Made by a program: the position numbers and the translations under genes
The notes under the pieces: model-generated
Database searches by the model: none
Told to the model about the DNA's origin: nothing
The model's input: the letters and a program-made list of their open reading frames with translations, nothing else
Part shown: positions 23,562 through 37,771 of the stretch, one piece after another
Position numbering within the stretch: position 1 is the stretch's first letter
Layout: every line of letters starts with the position of its first letter
Assembly (NCBI GenBank): GCA_951406725.2
Contig: OX597818.1
Span: 50,530,001-50,594,000 of the forward strand
DNA: 64,000 nt
DNA from: Octopus vulgaris
Taxonomy: Eukaryota
Direction: 5' to 3'

Positions 23562-23973
23562 TTTGATTTTGATTTTTCCAGTTTCAGCTCATGAGCTGTG
23601 GCCATGCTGGGGCACCGCCATTTGGTTTGCTACATGATTTTACCTCACGAATGCTTTTTAGCAACTGCCATTTGGTGCATGAGAGAGTTCGATGCACCTG
23701 CCCTCATCTGCACCTCCTGCCGTGAGGTTTGTTCAATCGGGACACCTGACAGGAAGAGATCCAGTCCTACTTTAAAGACATCCGCATCTACACCATGCAG
23801 GTCCCTCAGGTTCTTCGGGAGGATATTGAAGAGCTGTGGGCCTCTGAAGCCCAGGCTATCACAGTATCTTGTCCTACATCTTGATGGCAAATTTGGAGTC
23901 CTTGGTACCACGCAGTGGCGCCCGGTTTTGGCATTTGTGTGACTCTCGATGCCAAAGTTTGGGACAAGTCCTT

Positions 23974-23977
<4 letters not shown>
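23558..23977 (-). mobile_element. CR1-like LINE 3' end with (AAAATC)n tail
   Basis: [42 protein letters not shown]; 3' UTR GGCGGTGCCCCAGCATGGCCACAGCT. Confidence 0.85.
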
Positions 23978-24036
<59 letters not shown>

Positions 24037-24268
24037 CATTTAAACACAGAGATTTTTATTCTGATGTTTAATCTTATATCTCACATTCTGTATTTGAGAT
24101 ATACTTGATTTTACATGATACATATACTAATTCATAAATATTAATTCTTAAATTACAAAGTATAAATTTGTATTCTTAATTGTTAATTCGTAATTTTTTA
24201 TCTTTAATGCTTAATTGTATTGCTTATTGTTAAAGGGATGTAAAATTAGATATATAATATTTTGTAAT

Positions 24269-24414
24269 AGAACCTGAAGATGTGTTGGAATTATCGTAAA
24301 TCTGACCATTGCATAAATGTATTTATATATGTATATATATATATATATTTAGGAATACATTTGTGTATATGTATATATATTGTAATCTTCCAATACTGAA
24401 ACACGTGTAGTTCT
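24269..24414 (+). ncRNA. Type-I hammerhead ribozyme with ~95-nt loop 2
   Basis: AGAAC-CTGAAGA-(T)GTGTTGGAA...TTCCAATAC(T)-GAAA-CACGTG-TA-GTTCT. Confidence 0.75.
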
Positions 24415-24800
24415 TTCATATTTAATAAGTATAAGTATTAACTAACGTATGGTATAATTAATGAAGTATATTATATACCCAGCTGGTAATTTTGGTTATA
24501 TCCTTTAAGTATTATTTCGTGATGTGCAAACTGATACCATGGGTTTACTGTAAGATATACTCATTAGGTTAATTTTGTATTATCTGAAATAGAATACCTG
24601 CATATCGATTAACCCCACCAAAATTGAATATTGACTATTATCAGATACTTAGTATATTTATAGATAAATATGGAAATTTAGCGATAAATAAGACCCCCAA
24701 GGTACGATATGTAGATGCATATAATGCTGAAGGGTTGCACCTGATTGATTTGGAAAATTGTTTTCCCAAATTTTATATATGTATATATGTATATATATAT

Positions 24801-25203
24801 AGGCGTAGGAGTGGCTGTGTGGTAAGTAGCTTGCTAACCAACCACATGGTTCCGGGTTCGGTCCCACTCCGTGGCACCTTGGGCAAGTGTCTTCTGCTAT
24901 AGCCCCGGGCCGACCAATGCCTTGTAAGTGGATTTGGTAGACGGAAACTGAAAGAAGCCTGTCGTATATATGTATATGTATGTGTGTGTATGTGTTTGTG
25001 TGTCTGTGTTTGTCCCCCTAGCATTGCTTAACAACCAATGCTGGTGTGTTTACGTCCCCGTCACTGAGCGGTTCGGCAAAAGAGACCGATAGAATAAGTA
25101 CTGGGCTTACAAAGAATAAGTCCCGGGGTCGATTTGCTCGACAAAAGCGGTGCTCCAGCATGGCCGCAGTCAAATGACTGAAACAAGTAAAAGAGTAAAA
25201 AGA

Positions 25204-25205
<2 letters not shown>
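24801..25205 (+). mobile_element. SINE family B, full length
   Basis: Consensus head, core and tail. Confidence 0.9.
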
Positions 25206-25244
<39 letters not shown>

Positions 25245-25248
<4 letters not shown>

Positions 25249-25429
25249 GAATTTGCAAGTAAACAAAAGACGAAGACGGGTGTGTAAACAACAAACAGAT
25301 GTATTAGCTTATCGCTCGGGATGTGAGAAAGTCATTTACGTTTCGAGCCTACGCTCTTCCATAGAAAGGAACACGAAAATAAACTGGGTGAGAAAATAGA
25401 AAAGGTTTAGGTTTAGTGATCTATTACAG

Positions 25430-25430
<1 letters not shown>
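25245..25430 (-). mobile_element. pLTR-like fragment with degenerate minimal HHR (25335-25368)
   Basis: Minus strand CTATGGA-A-GAGC GTAG GCTC-GAAA-CG-TA; paralog of 7232-7480. Confidence 0.65.
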
Positions 25431-25501
<71 letters not shown>

Positions 25502-25504
25502 ATA

Positions 25505-25718
25505 CATGTGATCTCTTGAGCACCACCAGCAAAAATATTTTTTTCCTCTGTCTTCCCTTCTCGGGATCCTTCCTTCTCCTTTGTTTCCGACGAAGAGCTC
25601 CGCTCGAAACGTTAAACCCTCCTTCTTCCCTTCTTTCCTGAGCGTCAAATAATACTTTAATTGTTCCACGTCCTCGCGTTGCTGTGTTTTTTCTGTGTTT
25701 TCTTGTTTGGATTAACTA
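25505..25718 (+). mobile_element. pLTR-like fragment with minimal HHR variant (25583-25617)
   Basis: GTTT-CCGACGA-A-GAGC TCC GCTC-GAAA-CG-TT-AAAC; paralog at 44900-45105. Confidence 0.65.
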
Positions 25719-25764
25719 TATATATATACATGTATATATAATTATATACTTATGTAAATAATTA

Positions 25765-26155
25765 TGATTGATTGATTGATTGATTGATTCTAGTTTCAGC
25801 TTATGAGCTGTGGCCATGCTGGGGCACCGCCATTTGGTGTTGCTACTTGGTTTCACTTCATGGAGGCTTTCTAGCAACTGCTATTTGGTGCATGAGAGAG
25901 TTCGATGCAGCTGCCCTCATCTGCCCCTCCTGCCGTGAAGTTGGTTCATCTGGGACACCTGACAGGAAGAGATCCAGCTTCATTTTAAAGACATCTGTAT
26001 CCACCCCATGCAGGTCTCTCAGGTTCTTCGGGAGGATATTGAAGAGCTGTGGGCCTCGGAAGCCCAGGCTATCACAGTATCTTGTCCTACATCTTGATGG
26101 CAGGTTTGGAGTCCTAGGCACCACGCAGTGGCGCCCAGTTCTGGCATTTGCGTAA
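25765..26155 (-). mobile_element. CR1-like LINE 3' end with (AATC)n tail
   Basis: Same peptide and UTR as 23558-23977. Confidence 0.85.
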
Positions 26156-26313
26156 CTATACGCAATTATAAACATATATATAATTATTAATTTAACACAT
26201 ATAAACATATAAACATACAAATACATATACACATACACACTAACACAGGTATACATACATATATAAAATATGCTTATACATAAATGCAAATGTATATGAG
26301 TGTCTGCATATAT

Positions 26314-26380
<67 letters not shown>

Positions 26381-26797
26381 TATGTGTGTGTTTGCATATA
26401 TACACACCACTATACACGCATAATATACACACAGAAGCACATACATATACATACAGACATAATCTCATAATACACATCTCCGTACACACACACACACACA
26501 CACTCACACACACATAGACACACGTATATGCAGAAAAGTAAGAGACAAAATGAGACAGCGGAAATAATTAAAGAGCAGGAAAATTTAGACTAAACGAATT
26601 AAAAAAGATAGAGAGAAGAGAAAAGAATGAATAAAGAAACAGGAAGAAAGAAAAAATGAAAGAAGAAAATTGAGTTTAAAAAACTTCATTGAATTTTAAT
26701 TCTCAGCGATTATTCAATGATAAAGACAAGTGTTAATTAAAGCACGCTTCTGATACAAATATACAGAAACGTGTGTGTATGTATGTATGTATGTATG

Positions 26798-26831
<34 letters not shown>

Positions 26832-26869
26832 TGTATGTATGTATGTATGTATGTATGTATGTATGTATG

Positions 26870-26932
<63 letters not shown>

Positions 26933-27000
26933 TAAGTAGTTGAATGAATTATCCTAGTATGGATAATTCGGTTAACCGATACCCGGGTAGCAAATTTACC

Positions 27001-27093
27001 CTTTATTCCTTCGGAATTGAGGATATGCAGTCTTCGAAACATATGTCGAGAATAAAGGAATTTTGTTAAATCGTCGTTCGACTCCATTCTTTC

Positions 27094-27095
<2 letters not shown>
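27001..27095 (+). mobile_element. Possible pLTR 3' fragment with partial hammerhead (GAAA-CATATG-TC then AATAAA)
   Basis: Palindromic helix III and poly(A) signal before (TA)n; 5' core degenerate. Confidence 0.4.
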
Positions 27096-27188
<93 letters not shown>

Positions 27189-27223
27189 CGTGTGTGTGTG
27201 TGTGTGTGTAGATATATATGTTT

Positions 27224-27390
27224 AGGCACAGGAGTGGTTGTGTGGCATTTAGCTTGCTTACCAACCACATGGTTCTGGGTTCAGTTCCGCTGCGTGGCAT
27301 CTTGGGCAAGTGTCTTTCTACTATAGTCTCGAGCCAACCAAAGCCTTGTGAGTGGATTTGATAGATAGGAACTGAAAGAAGCTCGTCATA
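27224..27390 (+). mobile_element. SINE family B, 5' half
   Basis: AGGCACAGGAGTGGTTGTGTGG head and core. Confidence 0.85.
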
Positions 27391-27397
27391 TATATAT

Positions 27398-27782
<385 letters not shown>

Positions 27783-27812
27783 GGCTAAATACAAACGAAG
27801 AAATAAATAATT

Positions 27813-27858
<46 letters not shown>

Positions 27859-27959
27859 ATATATAATTATTTATTTTTTCGTTTGTATTTAGCCGTAAGG
27901 CTTCGTGCTGTTATATATGCATAATTCCTTGTCGTATTTATATAATGTCTTGTTTGTTT

Positions 27960-28310
27960 CTCTCTTACTCTTTTACTTGTTTCAGTCATTTGACTGCAGC
28001 CATGCTGGAGCACCACCTTTATAGTCGAGCAAATCGACCCCAGAGCTTATTCTTTCTAAGCCTGGTACTTATTCTATCGGTCTCTTTTGCCGAACCGGTA
28101 AGTGACGGGGACGTAAACACACCAGCATCGGTTGTCAAGCGATGGTGGTGGGAAAACTCAGACGCACAAACACATACATATATATACGTGTATACGACGA
28201 GCTTTCGGTTTCCGTCTATCAAATCCACTCACAAGGCTTTGGTCGGCCCGAGGCTATAGTAGAAGACACTTTCCCAAGGTACCACGCAGTGGGAATGAAC
28301 CCGGAGCACA
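27960..28310 (-). mobile_element. SINE family B
   Basis: Consensus tail and core. Confidence 0.85.
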
Positions 28311-29221
28311 CATTTACTTTTTTTTCAGTACCTTAATAAAAGTACTGGCGCCTGCAAAATTCACCACTATCAAAGGTAATTGGTGTGAAACTGCCATGAT
28401 ATTTTGCGTCTTTGACTGAAAGGGAAAACATAGCTGCGAATATTCCGTATGTCGTGTCGTTGTCTAATTTCTCATCCATTCAGTTTTTGTCTACTTTCCC
28501 GTTTACTCTGCTTTCGCCTAATTTTTCTCTTTGTTGTATTCTTTGTCTTCAACCCTTGGTGCATCGATGTCGCGCAATGCACATCGTTTGCCTACTTTGT
28601 TGTACGTACACACATGCAAGCACATAACTGCTAAACGAAGGAAAGAATATAGTACCCGGATACTTAAAGTAGAGTGAAACGAGCTTTACTGAAGCTGAAA
28701 AGATTTCAGAACTTGCTACTCGGTGTTTCATATTTCTGATCATCGGACAATAATGAGATGATGATCAGTTTCGTGGAATTCTGAGTAAAGGTTTGTGGAG
28801 TCTTTTCAGCTGCAATAAAGCACTACATACATACACAGACACACACATACATACACAAACACATGATCACACATACACAAATACACATACACACGCACAC
28901 ACATATATTCCCCTCAAAGTCATATTGCCTCGTTCACTTATGCCTATCTCCTTCTGTTTTTCCTTCTTAAATACATAATCTTTTTTTCTCACATATATCC
29001 ATTCCTCCCCCACTCTCTATCTTTCTCTTTCTCTCTCGTTCAAATATTCACTCAGGCTTTTACATCAATACGAAGCAACATCGCTCGCATCGAGGTTTAT
29101 TTATGAGTGTAAACTTGACGTGCATATTGATACAAACGTAAGCATGGCCGAGGGAAGTTGATGTAAAGGCGAGTGTGGTTGTATCTACGTGTGTACGTGC
29201 GGGCGTGTACACGGGTATGCT

Positions 29222-29780
29222 TATGTATGTATGTATGTATGTATGTATGTATGTATGTATGTATGTATGTATGTATGTATGTATGTATGTGTGTATGTAT
29301 GTATGTATGTTTGTATGTATGCATATATGTTTGTATGTATGTCTGTATGTACGTATGTATGTATGAATGTATGTATGTATGTATGTATGTGTGTGTGTGT
29401 ATGTATGTATGTGTGTGTATGTATGTATGTATGTATGTATGTATGTATGTATGTATGTATGTATGCATGTATGTATGTATGTAAGTATGTATGTATGTAT
29501 GTATTATATATGTATGTATGTATGAATGTATGTATGTATTATGTATGTACGTATGTATGTGTATGTGTATGTATGTATGTATGTATGTATGTATGTATGT
29601 ATGTGTGTGTGTGTATGTATGTATGTGTGTGTGTGTGTATGTATGTATGTATGAATATATGTACGTATTTACGTATGTATGCATGTTTGTATGAATATAT
29701 GTATGAATATGTGTACGTGCGTAAGTATATATGTATGTATGTATGTACGTATGTATGTATTTGTGTACGCACGTACGTAT
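29222..29780. repeat. (TATG)n microsatellite
   Basis: Directly visible. Confidence 0.98.
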
Positions 29781-30063
29781 GTGTCTGAAGATAAGTTTCA
29801 AAGCCAACAAGTACTTCGGACACAAGCACCCGCGGCTTAATAATACCGAACAAGTTTATGTTATTGAAGGGTTGTTGTGGTTACAAGCTGTTTTGATTGT
29901 TGTTATTGGCAATGGTAAACCTTCGGCCACCAGTGGCTAAGCAAAGAAAACATTGCAGGAAGCACACAGCTTCTTGATATGTTTATTCTGACAGCAGCAA
30001 CAAGCTGTACTACACACTCACTCACTCACGCATTCACTTCCTTCGAGCTTGTATTCGTACGTA

Positions 30064-30126
<63 letters not shown>

Positions 30127-30298
30127 ATGCGTGCGTGCGTGTGTGTGTGTGTGCGTGTCTATGTGCGTGCGTGTGTGTGTGTGTGTCTGAGTGTAGACTT
30201 GTATTTACATGCATATGTATATATGTATGTAAGCCTGTATGTATGTACACATACACACGGACACACACGCACATGCACACGGACACACAAACACACAC

Positions 30299-30329
<31 letters not shown>

Positions 30330-30416
30330 TACATATATATGATGGGCTTCTCTCAGTTTCCGTCTACCAATTCCACTCACAAGTCTTTGGTCGACCTGAG
30401 GCTATAGTAGAAGACA

Positions 30417-30461
<45 letters not shown>

Positions 30462-30706
30462 TAAAATTAAAATAATTTGATTAATATCATTTAAAACCAG
30501 TGATTTACCATATAGAAAAATCTGAAGATTCAGAAAATTTATATTATATACATATAAGAGTGATGACCACTAAGTGGACATCCATTATGCTAGAAGTCGC
30601 CCCCCTATGGTCTAACCACTAAGAAAAGAATGCTCTCAAGAAAATTTAGCAAACGCCAGAACGTAAACGAGCAAGACAAATAAAAATATACAAAATATAC
30701 AGATTA

Positions 30707-30778
30707 ATCACCAACCCGGTTTCGTTGTTACCACTTACGTAATCACTTACGTAAATGTCCGCAACTCGTCAGTGTGAT
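30707..30778 (-). ncRNA. Degenerate type-I hammerhead motif in pLTR-like DNA
   Basis: Minus strand ATCACA-CTGACGA-GTTG...CAAC-GAAA-CCGGG-TT-GGTGAT. Confidence 0.55.
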
Positions 30779-31149
30779 CGTCATAGCAAAATATAATTTG
30801 CAGAAGTATACACGAGACGTCCGCATGAGATTGAACATGTATATAGTTCTACCAATTACATTTGGAGTTATATTTTAAAAGTCTTCCTTTTGGCGCGCCA
30901 AAATACCGGAAATAATTCTGCAGAAAATAATTCTCTGTAGTGAAATGTTATAGCAATTATAGTAGAAACAACGAAAATAATAGAAACAACCTCAACAACT
31001 GCAGCATCAACACATTCTCGCTCTTCCATATATCAATGATTCACTTTCCATTGTATCTAACAAAGCCTATTCTAATGATTTATTAAAATTCGCCAACTAT
31101 TCATCATTCCCTCGCATCTTAGACAGCAGAAACCAAATACACGCTGACT

Positions 31150-31560
31150 GCAATAACAGAGATTTCGAAAGTATCCTTCTCTAGAGCTATACCAATTGTA
31201 TCACTTGTAACAGCAAGCAAACACAAACACAAACATATCGCTCCACACCCCGCTTAATCATGAATAACACTCAGTTATAACCGTCAAAATAGTTCCAATT
31301 GTTTTTTCAACGAAGTTCTATCAACGAAGTTCTATCTTGGCGAAAGTGCATCATAAACATAGCAAGAATCACATCTCTACGACTGGCATTTCTCTTCAGA
31401 GCCAGAAGATAATTCAAACTCTAACACCTATTGATATTCCATAAAGTTCTGATAAGGTCCATAGAGGTCCATAGAGGAGTACTACTCTCACATTCGAGGT
31501 AGCACTGTTGCAGCAAATATAGCACTGTTGCAGCAAATGCAAAAATAGGCTACATGTCTG
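31150..31560 (+). mobile_element. Possible very old LINE reverse-transcriptase relic
   Basis: Remnants resembling YRPISL / FRK.HST / LDI.KAFDKV in the expected order, with many disruptions. Confidence 0.3.
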
Positions 31561-31820
31561 TTTGGCATAAAGTTACTCACAGACATGCTCCAGATTCTGT
31601 CCAAACCCACAGACATTTCTCTTTTCTGCCTTTTCTACCTTTACTATAGTGGCTTTTGCTATTTGAAGCAGGCTTGCAAATAGGGAAAAAAGTACCTCAA
31701 CAACACTGGTATCAATAGCAACAACAACAACAACAACAATAGTTCTAACCACAGCAGTGACTACAGAATCAGAACAAACAAACTAGTAGCAGCTCTACCA
31801 CTACCTTCAACAGCAACAAA

Positions 31821-32180
31821 AGGAGGCGCAATGGCCCAGTGGTTAGGGCAGCGGACTCGCTGTGTGTTTATTGAGCGAAAACACCTAAAGCTCCACGAGG
31901 CTCCGGCAGGGGATGGTGGCGACCCTTGTTGTACTCTTTCGCCCCAACTTTCTCTCACTCTTTCTTCCTGTTTCTTGTCCCCAACTTCCTACTCAACCAC
32001 TGAGCCCGGATGCGCATTCATCCATCTCTCGATGCTCTCGGTGTCGGGGGTTGACCTGTTTTCTCTTCTGCGGGTCTTACGAATAGCAAAGGACCACGTT
32101 ACGGACTTCTCCTTCTACAGAGGCGTGATCTTGCGAGCTCTGGGACGAAGACCGTTCGCTCAACAGCAACAGCAGCAAAA
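31821..32180 (+). mobile_element. tRNA-derived SINE family D with RTE-like tail and (CAA/CAG)n end
   Basis: GGAGGCGCAATGGCCCAGTGGTTAGGGC head; paralog at 44075-44479. Confidence 0.8.
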
Positions 32181-32599
32181 ACAATGACTACTGCAGCAAC
32201 AGCGGCAAAACCCCTCCAGATAATATATGCACTGGTATGAGTGAGAGCGGGAAATAAAGTAGCTTTGCAATCATATGGTCTAGATTTTCGATCCGGCTTT
32301 CATCCCGCTACTTTGAAAACACTTTTTCTATAACCTCAGGTCGACCCAGACTTTGTGAGTGAAATTAAGTTAACGAAAACTGTATAAAAATTCATCGGAT
32401 GGACTATAACGGTAATTCAAATGTTCAGTTTTGTCCTACTCGTCATATTGATTCTACTAGAGAATTGCTCTAAAGGTGCACGTGCCTGTGGAATACTCGG
32501 CACTTGGACGCTCATCTGTCGAAACTGATGGGAGAGCAAAACTATCAAGAAGTGTTCGAAACTTACTGGAATAGACTAAAATACATTTAACGAGGATAT

Positions 32600-33395
32600 G
32601 TTTCTTTATTAGCCACGAAGGGCTGAACATAGACGGGACAAATTACAAAGCAGAGCTTTTCTTTTTTTTGGGGAAAAAAAAGTGGGGTAGGTTTTCGATC
32701 AAAATGGATCGTAAAAAGGAAAGAAAAAGAAAACGATCAATAGGGATCGTGTATCACAGAAATGTCATGATGTAAAATGTAAAGGGGGAAGCAGATAAGG
32801 TTTATCCGTGGAAAGGAAAGCCTACGGAAAAGGCCACGGTAACCTCGGTCAATAATGTTACATGTTACCACATTTGTTTGCAAGTAGGTAACCCTCTGTT
32901 TTAAATTTTCCTAGTTCATAGGATTATGCTCAAGGTGGCTTCGTCATTCATACGTGCCATCCTTGCTACATTCACCCATCATTATTTTGAAACATTCGCT
33001 AGACAAAACTTGCCTCTCTACTCTCACTTTCCTTTTCAAGTGGTACTTGAAGAAGTTGATGAGAGATTGACCAGAGAGGAAAGTGTTTGTCTGTAATCCT
33101 TTCAGACGCGTCCACCAGATACATTCTTTCGCCATAGCCACAAGGATGATGAAAATAGCTCTTCCTTCCCGTTTGAAGGAAGGAGGCGTGACGATATTGA
33201 CGATAGACTCAGCTGATAAACCGACTCGTCCCACACGTGACAGCAGTCGTTCGACATAAGCCCACAGGTCGGAAATTGTTGGACACTGTACGAGTGCGTG
33301 CAGAACGGTTTCGTCGCTCTGACCGCATCTCGGGCAGGTCGGCCCCGTGTTTCTCGAGCCGTGTTTGTAGAGCTTATCCCGAACGGGTAGCGCAT
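32600..33395 (-). mobile_element. Tx1/L1-clade LINE 3' fragment
   Basis: Near-identical to 10060-10990 (GRVGLSAESIVNIVTPPSFKREGRAIF...). Confidence 0.85.
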
Positions 33396-34493
33396 AGGCA
33401 CAAGCCTACTTATGAGTAGGAGTGGTTGATGTAATCATCATAATTGTCGTTGTCATCGTCGTCGATAATGTAAAGGAAGGGGTGAAATAAAATTAGTGGA
33501 ATAGGAGACGATGGTTATTCTCCCTGACTTTGATATCGAAAAGACAAAGCTGAAGGAGCGGTAGGAACAGTGGAGACTAAATACTTTACAGTATTACTTT
33601 CTTCATTACAGTTCCTGTAATCAAATTCCATTGGGTATGCCTTAGCTTCTCCTGCCTCATGAGTCAATACAGCTAGCAGTGAAGCTTGTACTGTTGTGGT
33701 CGATTCAATCAATTATCGCCCATTCCTGCTTTCCTGTATATCTGTAACCTTATGCCAATGCAAGCAATCAATATACAGTAAAATATTTCTCCGTGCTTTT
33801 AAGATATCCAGCGATATATCTTGCTTTCCGAATGTTATATAGAATTTGCATTCGTATTTCACGAGATAAGTCGTTGTTTAGCCCCAGGCCAGATCTGATC
33901 GAGTAGGCTCGATATCAAAGATATTCTAGCCGTGAATAACTCGTGTTATTTATGACTACATTATCCAGGGTATTTTTGACCTTATTTATGGCGATATGTT
34001 ATCATTTGATGACTGTTTAGCTGCTAATTTAACCGGGTTGTGTGGTTATCGAAAGAATCTCTTGTGGAATCATACAACATATATCAGTATTGCGTACTCG
34101 AGCAGAAAAGTTAATCTTAAATAATTGAGCCGAATAAATTGGTCGGGGAGTTATAGCAGCAAATGTTTACAAACGAAACAGACCACTGACTATGCTGAAA
34201 CCTCAAATGAAGTCCGCACTACTGCTTCGGTTCCTAAAATAATGTAAATAACGAAAAAGAAAAAAAAACAAAAGGCCACATCAAATCAAAACTCATTTCC
34301 TCGTTTCGAAAATGCTCGTGTTTCATGATATAATTCATTTTCTAGATACCATGCACTTTCCCTTTTTTATAAACCCTCTTAACATATAATCTAAGTGATA
34401 TATAGTTTTAATCCCTAAAGTGGATGCCACGTTGCATTTGTTGTAACAACATGAGAGGCAAAACACTATATTTCAAATGTGATAAACCTCATA

Positions 34494-34564
<71 letters not shown>

Positions 34565-34570
34565 TGTATG

Positions 34571-34624
<54 letters not shown>

Positions 34625-35721
34625 AATCATTCTCCTAATGATTTAATGTTTTTAGAATTAGATGGAATTAGAGTAGAGCTAAACGCTCTGTTTAAATTGC
34701 ATCATGTGTTGTGTTTTCTAGTGATTGATTGTAATAGAGATCCATCTTGCCAGCACTTTCAAAACACATTATTAGCGCATATTACCAATTGAATTAGACC
34801 TTCACATGTTTATTGTAAAGTGGGGAAAATGGTTTCATCCATTACACGTTGATTGACATTGATTTCGAATAAATATAATAAAAAATATACTAACAACTGA
34901 AAAAAGTGTGTAATAGATAAGCCAAACGAATAACCACAGTTTATTTATCCAAACGAAAAAAAGGAAAGAAAAATATAAATATTGATATGATCATGCGCTA
35001 AGCAAAATACTTAGTTAAGAAAGGTAAACTGCTCGTCTAAATATTTACAAATGTTATAAAACAAAGCCACCATTAAAAATAATGAAACTCAGAATTAAAA
35101 TCCTAATAAATGCTAGTAAACGTAAGGATTTAGATTAATAGTAATACATTTGAGAATCATGGAACTGTTATCTAGATTAACAGCTGTATTGTAAAATGTT
35201 ATAATGCATTTAATAGATAAGGGAAGCTTCTCGAATATATTGGAGAGGAGGTTATTTCATAGATAATAAAATTCTTGGAGGCTTCAAAATGGCTGGAAGC
35301 ATTGTTATTATTCCTCTGATCAATAAATGGGAAAATACGTTAATTGCACAATAGGAACAGCAGTCATATTTCTATTCAAACCTCACATTATGATTTTTAG
35401 ACGAAAATATACACCATTTTATAATGCACTCTTACCTAGATTTATTTGATCAAAGCGGACCTGGGGCTGAATGACAGCAGCAACAACGCGTGAAACAATA
35501 ATTTCATTCTATTTTCTGTTGGAAAATATAAGCATGCCTCACTCACCTTGCTTCGTTAATTGTTATGAAAAATAAAACAGTTTAAATAAAATCTGTTGTG
35601 GCTCAGTTATCATTTACTAGTTTCAGCTCGCGAGTTGTGGCCATGCTGGGGCACTGCTGCTAAAAATAGGTAATGAGTGTACATGCATATTTCAAGAGTT
35701 AGTTTTCTTTCACCAGCACTA

Positions 35722-36862
35722 CAGTGATCCCTCGCTAATTCGCGGATTCACGACTTCGCGGATTTTAAAAATATATACTTTTTTACTCTTCCTTTTTTTG
35801 AGTCATTTGACTGCAGCCATGCTGGAGCACCGCCTTTAATCGAGAAACTCGACCCCGGGACTTATTCTTTTGTAAGCCCAGTACTTATTCTATCGGTCTC
35901 TTTTGCCGAACCGCTAAGTAACGGGGACATAAACATACCAGCATCGGTTGTCAAGCAATGCTAGGGGGACAAACACAGACACACAAACACACACACGCAT
36001 ATATATACATATATACGACGGGCTTCTTTCAGATTCTGTCTACCAAATCCACTCACAAGGCTTTGGTCGGCCCGAGGCTATAGTAGAAGTCACTTGCCCA
36101 AGGTGCCACGCAGTGGGACTGAACGCGGAACCATGTGGTTGGTAAACAAGCTACTTACCACAGAGCCACTCCTGCGCCTATACATATGAACACCTAAAAT
36201 TCTTCATTAAATCCAAAGAAGAAGAAACGCAGCAAGAAACAGAAGAAGTTGCCGACCAAACTGGCTTGACTTTGGAACGGCTGACCAAGCTCTGCAACCT
36301 GGCTAAAGAATTAAAAGAGGGGTCACAGGAATGGGACGACGATATGGTTCGTTCTGTGCAATTTTGCAACAAGGTCGATGAAGTCACGAATCCCTACAAG
36401 ATGCTCTTTGAACGGAAAAAGAAGCAGCGGCAGCAAATTCCTATCACAATGTTTTTGCAGCCTCGCAAAAAAAGAGCCAGTTCCTGCTGCTACTACTACG
36501 GTTGCACCTTCGGAAGAAGTGGAAGAGGTGCCCCAGGAAAGGGCACCGTCGCCAGCTTCATCATCATCATTTCTACTGCGCAGCAAATTCATCACCATCA
36601 TCATTCAAATTTTACTTCAACTTCTTTCGTATCGAGTACAATAACAATCTTTATTTTTTAAAATCTAAAGTTATTGCTTAACAGTTGTCCTTTTTATTAA
36701 CAGACTACTGTAATGGATGGGTTGTTAACAGTACAGGGAGGGTTTTAAAGGTCCAGATACACGTTAAATAAATACTGTAAATATGGTGTCCCTACTTCGC
36801 TGAAATTCAGTTATCGCGGCCGGTCTCGGAACCAATCTACCGCGATAAACGAGGAATCACTG
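35722..36862 (+). mobile_element. Internally deleted Tigger/pogo DNA transposon with nested SINE B (~35778-36180, -)
   Basis: TA-CAGTGATCCCTCG...CGAGGAATCACTG-TA TIRs; C-terminal remnant ..PYKMLFERKKKQRQQIPITMF. Confidence 0.85.
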
Positions 36863-37469
36863 TACATCTAATACTTCTTAAACAGGAAGAACTTGCAATA
36901 TGAGTTCGTTTGTCGGTTGGAAAATGGTAAAATGAATAAGAAAACATACTTCCTCATTTGCAAATGCTAACGATCTTACTTACGGGAGAAGCTATTATTT
37001 TAAATAATAAAGTAAGGCTTGGATATTGATTCAAAGTTTAGCTTCTCCCTTGTCTATATTTTTAATATATCAGTTTTTTTTATATTCTCATTATAATCAT
37101 TAGATAAAGAGTATTAAATATCTCATAGAAAATTTACTTGAACAGGAAATACGGAGCAGATATTTGATTAGTTCGTACATAATTAATTTAATCTCATTTT
37201 ATATCATCGATTCAATTAGACACACATATAATTGAAAATTATGTATGATGCCGTGTTTAAAATATGAATATGACTATCTAATAAGCTTAGTTTGAGATGT
37301 AGTGATATGCGCCTCTAAAAGAGATCAGTTATAATCGATGCTATCTCTTTTATACTCCACGAAAATATAACTAGAACGGTTTTCCTTGTTTATCACTTAC
37401 TACATTAAAAGTTTCCTGAAAAGAAATGTAGTTGGGAATGTAGAAAATGAATTTTAATAATATACACTC

Positions 37470-37696
37470 TCTTTTTTTACTCTTTTACTCTTTTACTTGC
37501 TTCAGCCATTTGACTGCGGCCATGCTGGAGCACCGCATTTAGTCGAGCAAATCGACCCCAGGACGTATTCTTTGGAAGCCTAGTACTTATTCTATTGGTC
37601 TTTTTTGCCAGACCGCTAAGTTACGGGGACATAAACACACCAGCATCGGTTGTCAAGTGATGTTAGGAGGACAAACACAGATACACAAACACACAA

Positions 37697-37771
<75 letters not shown>

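Noticed and set aside
33515-33712. Unique-looking 65-aa minus-strand ORF
   Set aside because: Non-ATG start, no recognisable domain or convincing splice pair
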